Counted from the stretch's first letter, positions 1 through 10,575 are shown. The stretch is 64,000 nucleotides of DNA from an uncultured Actinomycetes bacterium (GCA_963706025.1 CAVPLM010000003.1:64001-128000); one strand, 5' to 3'. Translations and numbers: made by a program. Notes: generated from the letters alone by a model not told the origin.

Positions 1-703
1 ACTCGCGCTCCACCTCCATGCGCTCGATCAGTCCGGCCACCCGCTGGGCCATAGCCCCGCAGTAGGCGGCGAGCACTCGTTCGACGCTCCAGCCCGCTCG
101 CAGCAGCGATGTGGCCTCCGACTTCGCGAACACGGTGCACACGTTGCTCACCGGAGGCGGTTCCTCGTCGATCTCGAATGAGCGCCGGCCGATATCCTCG
201 ATCGGCACCGAAAGCGCGTCGGCGATGACTTCCATGCCCCGACCCGTCCCGGCCGCGCACTTGTCGTTCATGATGAAGTTGAGCACCTTGCCCCGCTCGT
301 CGCAGCGGATGACCTTGCAGTCTTGGCCGCCCATGTCGAGGATGGTGCGCACGCTGGGCCCGCCCATGTAGTTGGCCCCCCGGGCGTGACAGGCGATCTC
401 GGTGATGGTGCGGTCGGCGAAGGGTACGTTCACCCGGCCGTAGCCGGTGCCGACAGCGTAGCTCACGTCATCCAAGGTGAGGCCCAGGGACTCGCTCGCC
501 CCTTTGAAGGCGCGCAGGGCGCTGTCAGGGCTCGAAGAGCCGGTGCGGGTGGAATGGAAGGAGAGCAGCTTGCCATCGGCGAGCAGCACGGCCTGAGAGC
601 TCACCGACCCGACATCGATCCCCACCATGACGGCGGAGGCCATCCTCCAGTCGAGGTCAGGGGCCTGCCAGGTTCGTTCACTCCATCTCCAGAAATCTTG
701 CAT
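1..703 (-). CDS. bzdQ: Benzoyl-CoA reductase bzd-type subunit Q / acyl-CoA dehydratase activase (BadF/BadG/BcrA/BcrD ATPase); 3' end runs off the window
   Basis: Not in the ORF track; translated by hand from ATG at 703: MQDFWRWSERTWQAPDLDWRMASAVMVGIDVGSVSSQAV...GTGYGR...EIACHARGA...LDMGGQDCK...MNDKCAAGTGR...CTVFAKSE. ASKHA activase motifs plus the FWRW...PDLDW N-terminus typical of BzdQ. RBS GAGGGG. Confidence 0.8.
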   Translation of the reverse strand, partial: MQDFWRWSERTWQAPDLDWRMASAVMVGIDVGSVSSQAVLLADGKLLSFHSTRTGSSSPDSALRAFKGASESLGLTLDDVSYAVGTGYGRVNVPFADRTITEIACHARGANYMGGPSVRTILDMGGQDCKVIRCDERGKVLNFIMNDKCAAGTGRGMEVIADALSVPIEDIGRRSFEIDEEPPPVSNVCTVFAKSEATSLLRAGWSVERVLAAYCGAMAQRVAGLIERMEVERE

Positions 704-877
704 CTGTCCCCTCGCTCCCAGAGTCCTTCCTCAGCTCGGGCGCCGACCGGCCGGCCCAAGCGGCACCGGTGGATGATACCCGGCCGAAACGAGAGCGGGA
801 AGAGGAGACCGCTCGTATCTTGGCGGCAACATCCCGTCCCTCACGAGTGGAATAGGGCTAAGGTACACGCGCAAGAT

Positions 878-910
878 GGTAGGGTAGTAATGATACATTA
901 CTTCCTTACC
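878..910. promoter_or_regulatory. Probable autoregulatory operator of the AbrB-PemK module
   Basis: Perfect inverted repeat AGTAATG-ATA-CATTACT (886-902) inside a longer imperfect one, GGTAGGG...CCTTACC, just upstream of the antitoxin RBS. Confidence 0.65.
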
Positions 911-920
911 AGGAGTTGTC

Positions 921-1157
921 ATGGAGACGCGAGCAGTGAGCAAGCTGACCAGCAAGTATCAGACCACGATCCCGGCGTGCATCCGGGATGCTCTGGGGCT
1001 ATCCAAGGGGGACTCGATGGTCTTCGAGACCGCAGACAATGGGACTGTGACCATGCGCAAGGCTGTCCCGCTGGACCTGGAGTTCGCCGGGGCGCTCGAG
1101 CCGCTTCTGTCAGAATGGGATTCCGACGAGGATGAGGAAGCCTACCGTGGCCTATGA
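921..1157 (+). CDS. AbrB/MazE-family antitoxin
   Basis: SKLTSKYQTTIPACIRDALGLSKGD swapped-hairpin motif; acidic tail LSEWDSDEDEEAY; RBS AGGAG; overlaps the toxin gene. Confidence 0.9.
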   Translation: METRAVSKLTSKYQTTIPACIRDALGLSKGDSMVFETADNGTVTMRKAVPLDLEFAGALEPLLSEWDSDEDEEAYRGL

Positions 1158-1518
1158 TCAGTGGGCCGTCGTCGTGGTGCCTTTTCCGTTCACCGACCGC
1201 AACACCCGGCGTCGTCGACCGGCGGTGGTGGTATCGCGTCCCTCCGAACTCGGCGCCCTCGTCAACCACAGTGTCCTTGCCATGATCACAAGCGCCGGCC
1301 ATCGCCGCTGGCCTCTCGACGTACCTATCACCGATCTCGCCACGGCCAGCATACCCGCACCGTCGGTAGTGCGCATGAAGCTGTTCACCCTGGATGACCG
1401 CCTCGTGCAACGACAGGCCGGGATGTTGGCCGCCATCGACGCCGCCGCGGTCGCTGAAGCGCTGGGCAGGTTGCTCTCGATTCGCTCGCAGGGTCGACTA
1501 GACCAGGCCGACGGCTAG
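1147..1518 (+). CDS. PemK/MazF-family endoribonuclease toxin
   Basis: VVVVPFPFTD...RRRPAVVVS...LAMITS...SVVRMKLFTLD; probable GTG start at 1147 overlapping the antitoxin end. Confidence 0.9.
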   Translation: MAYDQWAVVVVPFPFTDRNTRRRRPAVVVSRPSELGALVNHSVLAMITSAGHRRWPLDVPITDLATASIPAPSVVRMKLFTLDDRLVQRQAGMLAAIDAAAVAEALGRLLSIRSQGRLDQADG

Positions 1519-1527
1519 AGATTTCCC

Positions 1528-1556
1528 AGCCGGGGTGTGAGGCATCCCCGGCCTGG
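1528..1556. terminator. GC-rich hairpin between convergent toxin and activase genes
   Basis: GCCGGGGTG...CATCCCCGGC inverted repeat with one bulge; no clear U tract. Confidence 0.45.
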
Positions 1557-2339
1557 CTACCCCGGCGGCGCCGCCTCCCAGGCTATGAGGGCCGCGCCAT
1601 GCGCGCCTAGGTATTCGGCATCCGCCAGGACGTAGATATCCACCCCGCCCAAAGCCTCGGACAAGGATTTCACGAACCCGATGTTCAAGGCGGCCCCGCC
1701 GCCCAGCACGACCGGGTCCACGACGCCGATGCGCCGCACCATCGCCGACACCCGGCCGGCCATGGCGTCGTGCACGGCCCGGGCGATGTCGGCGGGAGGC
1801 GTGTTGGCGTGGATGAGGCTCACCACCTCAGACTCGGCGAACACGGTGCACTGAGCGTTCATGGGGATGGTCTCGGTGGAATCGAGAGAGGCTTTGGCGA
1901 AATCGTCCAGCGTCATGTCCAGCGCCCGGCTCATGGCCTCCACAAAGGCACCCGCCCCAGCGGCGCATTTCTCGTTGATGGCGAAGTCGACCACCTTGCC
2001 GCCATCGCCCAGACGGATGGCGCGGGCTTCGTCCGCGCCCACGTCGATGACAGTGCGGGCCCCCGGGTAGAGGTCGAAGGCGCCGCGGCCGTCCGCCGCG
2101 ACTTCGGTGGGCTGCTGACTCGCAGAAGAAAGGGCCTTCCGCCCGGCGCCGGTAGCCGCGACCACGTCGATGTCTTCGCGCCGGATGCCCGCTGCCGCGG
2201 CCGCTTGGGCCAGTCCCCGCTCCGCGGACTCCTCGTGGTCAAAACCGGAGGCCACGGCCGACCGAGCTACCAGCTCGCCATCTTTGAGGAGCACGACGTG
2301 CACGTTCTTCGCGCCCAAGTCGATACCCGCTACGATCAT
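1557..2339 (-). CDS. Acyl-CoA dehydratase activase / BzdP-like ATPase subunit
   Basis: AGIDLG...ATGAGR...IDVGADEAR...NEKCAAGAGAFVEAM...MNAQCTVFAESEVVSL; ATGA overlap with the gamma subunit. Confidence 0.85.
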   Translation of the reverse strand: MIVAGIDLGAKNVHVVLLKDGELVARSAVASGFDHEESAERGLAQAAAAAGIRREDIDVVAATGAGRKALSSASQQPTEVAADGRGAFDLYPGARTVIDVGADEARAIRLGDGGKVVDFAINEKCAAGAGAFVEAMSRALDMTLDDFAKASLDSTETIPMNAQCTVFAESEVVSLIHANTPPADIARAVHDAMAGRVSAMVRRIGVVDPVVLGGGAALNIGFVKSLSEALGGVDIYVLADAEYLGAHGAALIAWEAAPPG

Positions 2340-2974
2340 GCCCGGCTAATCCGCCATTCTGCCGGGTCGAGCGCAAGCCCACAAGCGAGAGCCTTCACAT
2401 TCATTTCCTCGGTGCCCGCCGGTACCACGCCCATCACCGCTTTGCGTAGCGACTCGACCGAGACTATGCCCGTGATTCCCGCCACCGCGCCCAACGTAAG
2501 GATGTTCATGGTCTGTTGACGCCCTGTCTGCTCCACCGCCAGGCGGGTGAACGGGATCCCGAAGCTGACACCCCCGAACGCGGGCGGCTCGACGACATAC
2601 TCGAGGTCGTACATGAGAACGCCATTGGGGCGTAGGTACCGAGCGTAGCCCCTCGCCGAGTCTTGAGACAGGGCCACGAGCAGATCGACCTGGTCCAACT
2701 CGGGGTAGTCTATCGGCTGGTCCGAGATGAGGATGTCACTGCGGCTGTAGCCGCCACGCGCCTCCGGTCCGTACGACTGCGTCTGCACCACGTAGCGATG
2801 ATCTCGCGTGGCCGCCATCGCTAGGATGACACCCATGAGGATCACACCCTGGCCGCCGCTCCCCGCAAAACGCACCTCCAGGAAGTCGCGCGTCGCCAGC
2901 AGACCCGTGGCCACCTGCGCCTGATCGGGGCTGGGGTCCGCGCCGTCGGGTCCGTCCGGAGCTGCGGCTCTCAC
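2336..2974 (-). CDS. 2-oxoacid:ferredoxin oxidoreductase gamma subunit
   Basis: EVRFAGSGGQGVIL...QSYGPEARGGYSRS...NILTLGA. Confidence 0.92.
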   Translation of the reverse strand: MRAAAPDGPDGADPSPDQAQVATGLLATRDFLEVRFAGSGGQGVILMGVILAMAATRDHRYVVQTQSYGPEARGGYSRSDILISDQPIDYPELDQVDLLVALSQDSARGYARYLRPNGVLMYDLEYVVEPPAFGGVSFGIPFTRLAVEQTGRQQTMNILTLGAVAGITGIVSVESLRKAVMGVVPAGTEEMNVKALACGLALDPAEWRISRA

Positions 2975-3870
2975 TAGTCCTCCTCCTGGCCGGCCTGCTC
3001 GGCGGCCTCTGCTGCGGCCCCTTGCTCCGCCTCCGCGCGAGCCCGCTCTGCGGCCTCCGCGGTGGCGCGGGCCGCCATCTCCGCATAGGTCCGCTGGAAC
3101 TCAGGCGCGTCGACATCGCGGTGAAGTATCCCCGTTACGATCTTGTCCGCCAGTTCTTCGGCGGACATCGTCGCTGCTTTGCTTTTCGACACCGATCTGG
3201 CTTTCTCTTCATCCAGCATCGCCACCGCGCTCGCGGGCTTGTTCCGCTTGCCGTATTCCGTAGGGCACGGGACGACCGCTTCGATGAACGCGAAACCCGG
3301 GTGCTGGATCCCCTGCTTGATGAGCTTCTCCAAGGGCCTGATCTGGGCCGCAGTGCCCCGGGCCACGAAGCTTGCTCCCGCCGCCTCAGCCAACCGGCAC
3401 AGGTCGAAGGGCGGCTCTGCCTGGCCGTAGGGGGCCGTGGTGGCCCGATCACCCAGTTCCATCGTGGGGGAGAGCTGACCGCCGGTCATGCCGTAGATCT
3501 GGTTGTTGAACAAGATGCAGGTTATGTCGATGTTGCGCCGGCAGGCGTGGATCAAGTGGTTGCCTCCGATCGCGGCGCCGTCGCCGTCGCCGGTAACCAC
3601 GATCACGGTGAAATCGGGCCTGGCCATCTTTATTCCGGTAGCAAAAGCCAGCGCGCGGCCGTGGATCGCATGCACGCTACCGAGATCGACATAACCGGCC
3701 GCCCTGCTGGAGCAGCCGATGCCACCCACCACCACTGTCTCCTCGCGCTTCAACCCCAGATCGACCGCAGCCCGCAGGAAGGCCCCCGTCACTATGCCGA
3801 TCCCACAACCGGCGCACCAGATATGTGGGAGCCGCTCACTGTGCAGGAACTGCTCGATCTCGAGGGTCAT
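2974..3870 (-). CDS. korB: 2-oxoacid:ferredoxin oxidoreductase beta subunit (TPP-binding)
   Basis: WCAGCG, GIGCS, HGRA, GDGD..AIGGNH, YGMTGGQ.SPT. Confidence 0.92.
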   Translation of the reverse strand: MTLEIEQFLHSERLPHIWCAGCGIGIVTGAFLRAAVDLGLKREETVVVGGIGCSSRAAGYVDLGSVHAIHGRALAFATGIKMARPDFTVIVVTGDGDGAAIGGNHLIHACRRNIDITCILFNNQIYGMTGGQLSPTMELGDRATTAPYGQAEPPFDLCRLAEAAGASFVARGTAAQIRPLEKLIKQGIQHPGFAFIEAVVPCPTEYGKRNKPASAVAMLDEEKARSVSKSKAATMSAEELADKIVTGILHRDVDAPEFQRTYAEMAARATAEAAERARAEAEQGAAAEAAEQAGQEED

Positions 3871-3933
3871 AGAGACCTCCCGTCGACCGTCCGTACTTGG
3901 CCGACCGCAGCGCGGTCCGCATCGCCCGCTGCG

Positions 3934-5112
3934 TCAGACCGTCTCATACTTGCCCACCAACTGGGTCACCCGCTCGAGGATCTCGCGCGGGGTGATCAGG
4001 GTTCCGTCGACCTTGCCCATGCTGATCACGGTCGTCCAGTTCTCGGCCATCTTGCGAACCTCGCGCGCATACTGGCCCAGGTTCAACTCGGGGATCAGGA
4101 TGAACTCTACCCGCCGGGCCACCGCCTGGATGATCTCCACCGGTAAGGGGAAAAGGGTGTAGAGGTGGAGCACCTCCACCGGCAGTCCTTCTTGGTCGGC
4201 CAGCTTCCAGGCCGCCCGAGCGCTGCGCGCACAGGAGCCGTATGCCACGATGCACACCCGGCCCTTGCCCTCGTTCTTGATGTCGTAGAGGCAGAGCTCA
4301 TCCCTGTGGTTGCCCACCTTGTCGAAGAGCTCGCGCAGGAACTGCTCGCTCTTCGCGTTCTCGTTCGCGGGGAACCCGGTCTCGTCGTGGATGAGTCCGG
4401 TCACGTGGGGATGGGTCTTCGAGCCCAGGACGTGAGGCGGATGCACCTCTCGCACAAGATCAGGATGGACGTATCCGGGGGTGAAGTCGAAATCACCGCT
4501 CGTGAGCCGGTATCGGCTGGCGAGTTCGGGAGAGAAGCTCTCCCGCATGTGACCGACCACCTCATCGGCCAGCAGTGTGACCGGGGTGCGGAAGCGCTGG
4601 CCGAAGCGCACTGCCGCCATGGTCAGCCGGTACATATCGGCCACGTTCGAAGCCGCCAGCACGATGGCGGGGTGGTCGCCGTGGGTACCCCATCGGGCCT
4701 GCATGACGTCGCCTTGCGACGGGGCGGTCGGGCGCCCGGTCGAGGGACCCGCCCTCATGACATCTACGATGACGAGTGGCGCCTCCGCCATGATGGCGTA
4801 GCCGATGGCCTCCTGCATCAGCGAGAAGCCGGGGCCGGAGGTGGCGGTCATAGCCAGCTGGCCGGCCAAAGACGCCCCGATGCAGGCGCAGATCGAGGCG
4901 ATCTCATCCTCCATCTGAACGAAGACGCCGCCCACCCTAGGCAGCTCATAAGCCATGGCTTCCATTATCTCGGAGCTGGGAGTGATGGGATATCCGGCGA
5001 AGAAACGGACCCCGGCGTCAAGAGCGCCCAAGGCACACGCCCGGTTTCCCTGGACCAACATGCTGGTCTGGTCAATCTGCTCCCGTAACAGGTGAGTGTG
5101 CCAGAGTTCCAT
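3934..5112 (-). CDS. korA: 2-oxoacid:ferredoxin oxidoreductase alpha subunit
   Basis: GNRACA.GA, AGYPITPSSE, QMEDEIAS, TATSGPGFSLMQE, RAGPSTG.PT. The true end may extend to 3867 if the last codons carry an indel. Confidence 0.92.
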   Translation of the reverse strand: MELWHTHLLREQIDQTSMLVQGNRACALGALDAGVRFFAGYPITPSSEIMEAMAYELPRVGGVFVQMEDEIASICACIGASLAGQLAMTATSGPGFSLMQEAIGYAIMAEAPLVIVDVMRAGPSTGRPTAPSQGDVMQARWGTHGDHPAIVLAASNVADMYRLTMAAVRFGQRFRTPVTLLADEVVGHMRESFSPELASRYRLTSGDFDFTPGYVHPDLVREVHPPHVLGSKTHPHVTGLIHDETGFPANENAKSEQFLRELFDKVGNHRDELCLYDIKNEGKGRVCIVAYGSCARSARAAWKLADQEGLPVEVLHLYTLFPLPVEIIQAVARRVEFILIPELNLGQYAREVRKMAENWTTVISMGKVDGTLITPREILERVTQLVGKYETV

Positions 5113-5130
5113 CTCGACCCGGCCCTGCGG

Positions 5131-5796
5131 CTACTGTCCGCTCCGCCGCTCGTTATCCGGCGAGCGGAGATAGGCGATGATCACGTCGGCCAACTTGTGG
5201 ATGAGGAGGTCGCCGGGCACCGACTCCGGAAACAAGACCCCCGACCGGCACCTCTGCACGTTCTCCTCCTGGGCCGCCTGCCACAGCCGGGAAGCGACCC
5301 GAGCCGCCGACTCCGGGTCCGAATGCCCGATCTGGGCCGCATGGCCCATCAGGATGTCAACCTCGAGGCTCTCCACCTGCGCCTTGTAGCGGTAGCCCCG
5401 CTGCCGCAGGACGGAGTCGGTAGCGCCGCACACCACGAAAGCCTCGAGTAGTCTGTCGTTTCCTCTGGTCGCCGCCTGTTTGATCTCGACCAGACCGCGC
5501 ACGGTTCGTTCAAGCGAAAGCGCAGTCCAGTCGACCTTGGCCGCCTGCTCGCGTATCTGCATCTCTTCGCGGCCGTGCACCCTCTCCTGCACCGCATGGA
5601 GAAGAGCGGTCTTGTCTTCGAAGCGGGCATAGAAAGTACCGATGGACGTGTCCGACCGGCGCACCACCTCTGCAACGGTGAGCGCTTCGTAGCCCTTTGT
5701 TCGGATCAGCGTCTCCGCAGTCCTGAGGATCCGCTCCAAAGAGTCGGAACTGCGTTGCTGACGGGGCGTCTTGACGGCGTGTGCGGACTCGGCCAC
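5131..5796 (-). CDS. TetR/AcrR-family transcriptional regulator
   Basis: PRQQRS...ERILRTAETL...LTVAEVVRRSDTSIGTFYARFEDK N-terminal HTH; GTG start 6 nt after TGnTAGAAT. Confidence 0.9.
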   Translation of the reverse strand: MAESAHAVKTPRQQRSSDSLERILRTAETLIRTKGYEALTVAEVVRRSDTSIGTFYARFEDKTALLHAVQERVHGREEMQIREQAAKVDWTALSLERTVRGLVEIKQAATRGNDRLLEAFVVCGATDSVLRQRGYRYKAQVESLEVDILMGHAAQIGHSDPESAARVASRLWQAAQEENVQRCRSGVLFPESVPGDLLIHKLADVIIAYLRSPDNERRSGQ

Positions 5797-5847
5797 AGTG
5801 CGATTCTATCACCGGATCGGCAGGGACACCACCTTCTGTCACCTGAC

Positions 5848-5876
5848 TTGACGATAGAATCTAGATTCTATATTCT
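5848..5876 (+). promoter_or_regulatory. Sigma-A-type promoter of citrate synthase with a perfect 18-bp palindromic operator
   Basis: TTGACG(5848-53)-N17-TATTCT(5871-76); ATAGAATCTAGATTCTAT (5854-5871) is its own reverse complement and fills the spacer. Confidence 0.8.
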
Positions 5877-6038
5877 ATGCGGCGCTCGCCCGTCCGGGAG
5901 CCCTCCCCCCTGGCTCCCGACGGGCTCGAGCCCACCGCCCTCCTCCGACCCTCGACAAGAGAGGCGTCACGATCATCGACTGGCCGGTAGACTATCGCGA
6001 GAACCCCATCCTAGGAGACGAGCAGAAAGGTCGGGGAT

Positions 6039-7397
<1,359 letters not shown>

Positions 7398-7421
7398 CCG
7401 TTCGCTCGGGCGGGGACGATC

Positions 7422-7775
7422 CTAGAAGTGCGCGACCGCGGTGGACTCCTGGGCTAGGTAGCCCTTCAGAAAGGGAAGGTGCCTCAGGAAGTAGGTCTCG
7501 GGTTCGGTGCGGATCGTCACCTCGTACCACCGACTGCTCGCCTTGTGGTATCCGGCTGCGATGAGCTGCACGCCCGCTTCGTCGGCGATCCCCTGGACCA
7601 CCGCTTCGGCCGCCGTCTCGCTGCCTTTTGTGGCCACGAACGTCTGGGCAGCCTGCTCCGCTGCACCTTTGGCCACTTCCACCGCGGTGCGGTGAGCCGC
7701 ATACATCCCCAGGCCGTCGACCACCAACGCGGCGGCGACCGCCAGTACGATAACGATTACTATAATCGCCCTCAT
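7422..7775 (-). CDS. Hypothetical membrane-anchored protein, Tad/pseudopilin-like
   Basis: N-terminal hydrophobic helix followed by an Ala-rich helix (EVAKGAAEQAA). Confidence 0.6.
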   Translation of the reverse strand: MRAIIVIVIVLAVAAALVVDGLGMYAAHRTAVEVAKGAAEQAAQTFVATKGSETAAEAVVQGIADEAGVQLIAAGYHKASSRWYEVTIRTEPETYFLRHLPFLKGYLAQESTAVAHF

Positions 7776-7805
7776 ACGTATTGGAACGACGATCGAACTC
7801 GAAAG

Positions 7806-9881
7806 TTACGCACGGGCCCTGCGTCGCCGTATACCCAGGACCGCAAGAGTCACCGCGCCCACGACCACGGCCGCCAGCACCGCCCAGGGAAGAAACGTCA
7901 TCACCGTGACCGGGCGGACAGAGTGACTCAACTGGTCGAGCGTGCTCGCGCCGGCCATCAATCGGACATCCAGACGAAAGGGGTTTTCGGCGGTCACGAC
8001 TTCCACAGGCACCTCGTTCCCACCCGGTTGAAGTTCGACCGCGAACGATCCTCCGTCGGGAAGGGTCAGGCCATCCCCGGCCAATTGCACCTCCACCTCG
8101 AGCGGGTAGTCGGCCCCATTGTCCACAGACAGGGTCACCGTTCCCCGGCGCCCGATGATCCGGGTGGGGGCGGCACCCGCGAACTTCACCTTGTCCAACT
8201 CGCCTTCGGCCATGGTCAGAGCCTGCTCCGCGTAGGAGAGACCGATGCTGGCCACTTTCGGGCTGGTCTGGGGATGCCACCACCAGCGACTCTCCGCGGT
8301 ATAGAGCAGGCGGCGGGCACTCTCCACGGGTCCTGCGGCAGGGTCGGCGGCCGCGGCCAAGTCGGCCACGGCTGCGTGCGCAGCCCGGAGGCTGGCGAGC
8401 ATAGCCCCTTCGATATAGCCCTGGGCCCCGCTTGCGCTCCGGGTCAGCAGAACCGGCCGCGTGTCCGGGACGTGGGCGCGGAGAAGCGACGTGAGGGTCT
8501 GCGTCTCGACCCAAGCTGCCCCAGTCAAGGACTCACCGATGGCCTCCAGGTAGGAGCTCGGCGGCACCATGAAATCCCCCCCCGGAGTGATCACCAGCGC
8601 GTCCCTGGGAACAAGCGCGAGCTCTGTCGCCAACCCGGCGAAGAACACCCCCGCGTCCCAGGGGGGCACCATCAAGGAGTGGAGGCTGCTGCTCGTGAAG
8701 ACGAGGGTGACGCGGTCGTTGTCGGTATCGCGCACCCGCGCGGCCACGGCCCCCTCAGCCACCGGCTCGGTGAGATCCGCAGCAAGCTGACCGTCCACGA
8801 CGACGTGATCGATGGAGGCCTGTCCATAGTAGGCCAGGCTCTCGGTAGTCATGTCCAGATCGGGCGAATAGGCTCCGACGGGCACCGACGCCAGGCCCAG
8901 GGTCTGCCTCAACTCCTGCTTGCCCAGTTGTATCTGATCGAAACCGTCCCGCCATCCCTCCGCCGCCAGCGCGCCGAGAGCCGCGCCGGAGTAAGGACCG
9001 GCAGCCATCTCGACAGTCTCCGCGCCCCCCATGTCTTTGAATGCCGCCAAGACCTCGACGGCGTTCTTGGCAGCCGGATCATCCGCGCTCACCTCCTCGG
9101 GCGCGCCGGAGCCGTCAAGTCGTACGTAGCCGTCGGCCATGTCCCGGAGTTGGGTCAGGAGGATGGGCTCGATAGCCACGGTGAACCGCCAGTCGGGGAA
9201 CCGGCGGGACAGCTCGGTGACCGCGTGCAGATTGGAAGAGGACCCGTTCGAAGGGGCGACGGCCTGCTCCAATACCTGGTCGAAGAAGGTCCCGGTCGGA
9301 TCGCGATGTACCCCCAGGGCGACCGGCAGCACAAAGGCCACGTCGAGAGGTAGCTCTCGCGGAGCCACCTTGCCGAACCACGCCGACCCCGTCGCGCCGA
9401 CCACTCCGCCCGAACTCAACTCGACCGTGACCAGATAACCCCCGGGAAGAGCCAGGAGGTCGCCCGGGATGAGCACGGGGATGGTCCATGGCTCTAGGCC
9501 CGCTCCTGTTGAGGTCTCGGCGGGGAGGGAAGGGCCGATACCGGCCGAGAAACTCGCCGCCTCCGGCAGTCGGGGGTCCGCCTGGCCCACCTGAGAAGGC
9601 TCGGCCGGTCCGGTGATCCGCACCGCCAGTTCGGCCTCGACCGCCGGGTACGCGCCCTCGCCCTGGATCCTCAGGGTGACACTCTGACCCACCAGGCTGA
9701 GGCCGGGTCTCGCCTCGACAGTGAGGGTGTCGGCGGCCTGCGCGGGCGACGCCGGCAAGGCGGCCAGGAGGATCATGGCCACGGTCAGCGCGGCCACAGC
9801 GACGACGAAGGCCGCGACGGGCGGGAGCGGACGCCGACTGGGCGTACGGCGAAGCATGAAGGGCGATCCGGCGAGCCTCAT
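7806..9881 (-). CDS. Secreted, C-terminally anchored protein (DUF6049-like)
   Basis: Signal peptide ending AQA-A, large ectodomain, Ig-like segment (VTLSVDNGADYPLEV), C-terminal TM plus RRRRAR. Confidence 0.7.
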   Translation of the reverse strand: MRLAGSPFMLRRTPSRRPLPPVAAFVVAVAALTVAMILLAALPASPAQAADTLTVEARPGLSLVGQSVTLRIQGEGAYPAVEAELAVRITGPAEPSQVGQADPRLPEAASFSAGIGPSLPAETSTGAGLEPWTIPVLIPGDLLALPGGYLVTVELSSGGVVGATGSAWFGKVAPRELPLDVAFVLPVALGVHRDPTGTFFDQVLEQAVAPSNGSSSNLHAVTELSRRFPDWRFTVAIEPILLTQLRDMADGYVRLDGSGAPEEVSADDPAAKNAVEVLAAFKDMGGAETVEMAAGPYSGAALGALAAEGWRDGFDQIQLGKQELRQTLGLASVPVGAYSPDLDMTTESLAYYGQASIDHVVVDGQLAADLTEPVAEGAVAARVRDTDNDRVTLVFTSSSLHSLMVPPWDAGVFFAGLATELALVPRDALVITPGGDFMVPPSSYLEAIGESLTGAAWVETQTLTSLLRAHVPDTRPVLLTRSASGAQGYIEGAMLASLRAAHAAVADLAAAADPAAGPVESARRLLYTAESRWWWHPQTSPKVASIGLSYAEQALTMAEGELDKVKFAGAAPTRIIGRRGTVTLSVDNGADYPLEVEVQLAGDGLTLPDGGSFAVELQPGGNEVPVEVVTAENPFRLDVRLMAGASTLDQLSHSVRPVTVMTFLPWAVLAAVVVGAVTLAVLGIRRRRARA

Positions 9882-9967
9882 GGCGCTTCAGTGTAGCATG
9901 GGGCCTTGCGGGGCCCGGACACAGCTCGGCCGTTCTGGGACCGGTTCTTGACCCCGAAGGCTCCGCC

Positions 9968-10474
9968 TCAACCGGAAGTGGCGATGCGGGGCGGCATCCG
10001 CTTTACCAGCCGGATCACACTCCCTTCGGCGTCGTTGTCCGTCTGCTCCATGGAGTCGACCAGAGCCCGGATGATAGTAAGCCCCAGCCCTCCGCCGCTC
10101 ATGGGGTCACAGAGACTCGAGGGCGAGATACGATGGCGCCGGTCGGGATCGAAGACAGTGATCTCCCAGGCCTCCGGCGACAAGTAGAAGTCCACACGCA
10201 GGGACGATGCCGGCTCTTCCAGGCCCTCCCCTTCGCGTTCCCCTTCGTCAGGAGGAACACATCCGTCCGTGTCACCGAGAAAGCAGTTGCAGGCCTCGGT
10301 GACCACCACCTTGAGGTCGGCTATCGACTCTTCGTCGAGCGCCTCGTGCGTCCCCAGGGCCCCTACCACCAAACGGCACAGAGCTACGTATTCCGGCCTG
10401 CTGGGGATCGTGAGCGATAGGGGCCGCTGTGCACCCGCTCGTTCATCGGTTCGTTGTTCGGCCTCTCGCGCCAT
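9968..10474 (-). CDS. RsbW-like anti-sigma factor (HATPase_c_2 fold), degenerate ATP motifs
   Basis: LTIPSRPEYVALCRLVV...IADLKVVVTEAC...GGLGLTIIRALVD...GSVIRLVK; ATG at 10474. The long upstream part of the track ORF is a shadow frame. Confidence 0.85.
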   Translation of the reverse strand: MAREAEQRTDERAGAQRPLSLTIPSRPEYVALCRLVVGALGTHEALDEESIADLKVVVTEACNCFLGDTDGCVPPDEGEREGEGLEEPASSLRVDFYLSPEAWEITVFDPDRRHRISPSSLCDPMSGGGLGLTIIRALVDSMEQTDNDAEGSVIRLVKRMPPRIATSG

Positions 10475-10483
10475 GGTTGAAGC

Positions 10484-10510
10484 TTCCCCAAGGCTGCGGG
10501 CTCCTAAACC
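10484..10510 (-). promoter_or_regulatory. Candidate SigB/SigF-type promoter
   Basis: Minus strand GGTTT-N16-GGGGAA, ending 9 nt before the ATG of the RsbW-like gene. Confidence 0.55.
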
Positions 10511-10575
10511 GGACTTCGGCATCGATGACCCGCGCGACCTACGTCCACCGGGAAGCCAGGAAGCGGCTTTGGGGC

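Noticed and set aside
3867-3936. korA TGA followed by a hairpin and 21 open codons in frame with korB (possible selenocysteine read-through or fusion)
   Set aside because: The position is not a conserved Cys. Removing one base gives a natural tail (DAAGDADRAAVGQVRTVDGRSL) ending in an ATGA overlap with korB, so an indel error or chance is more likely.
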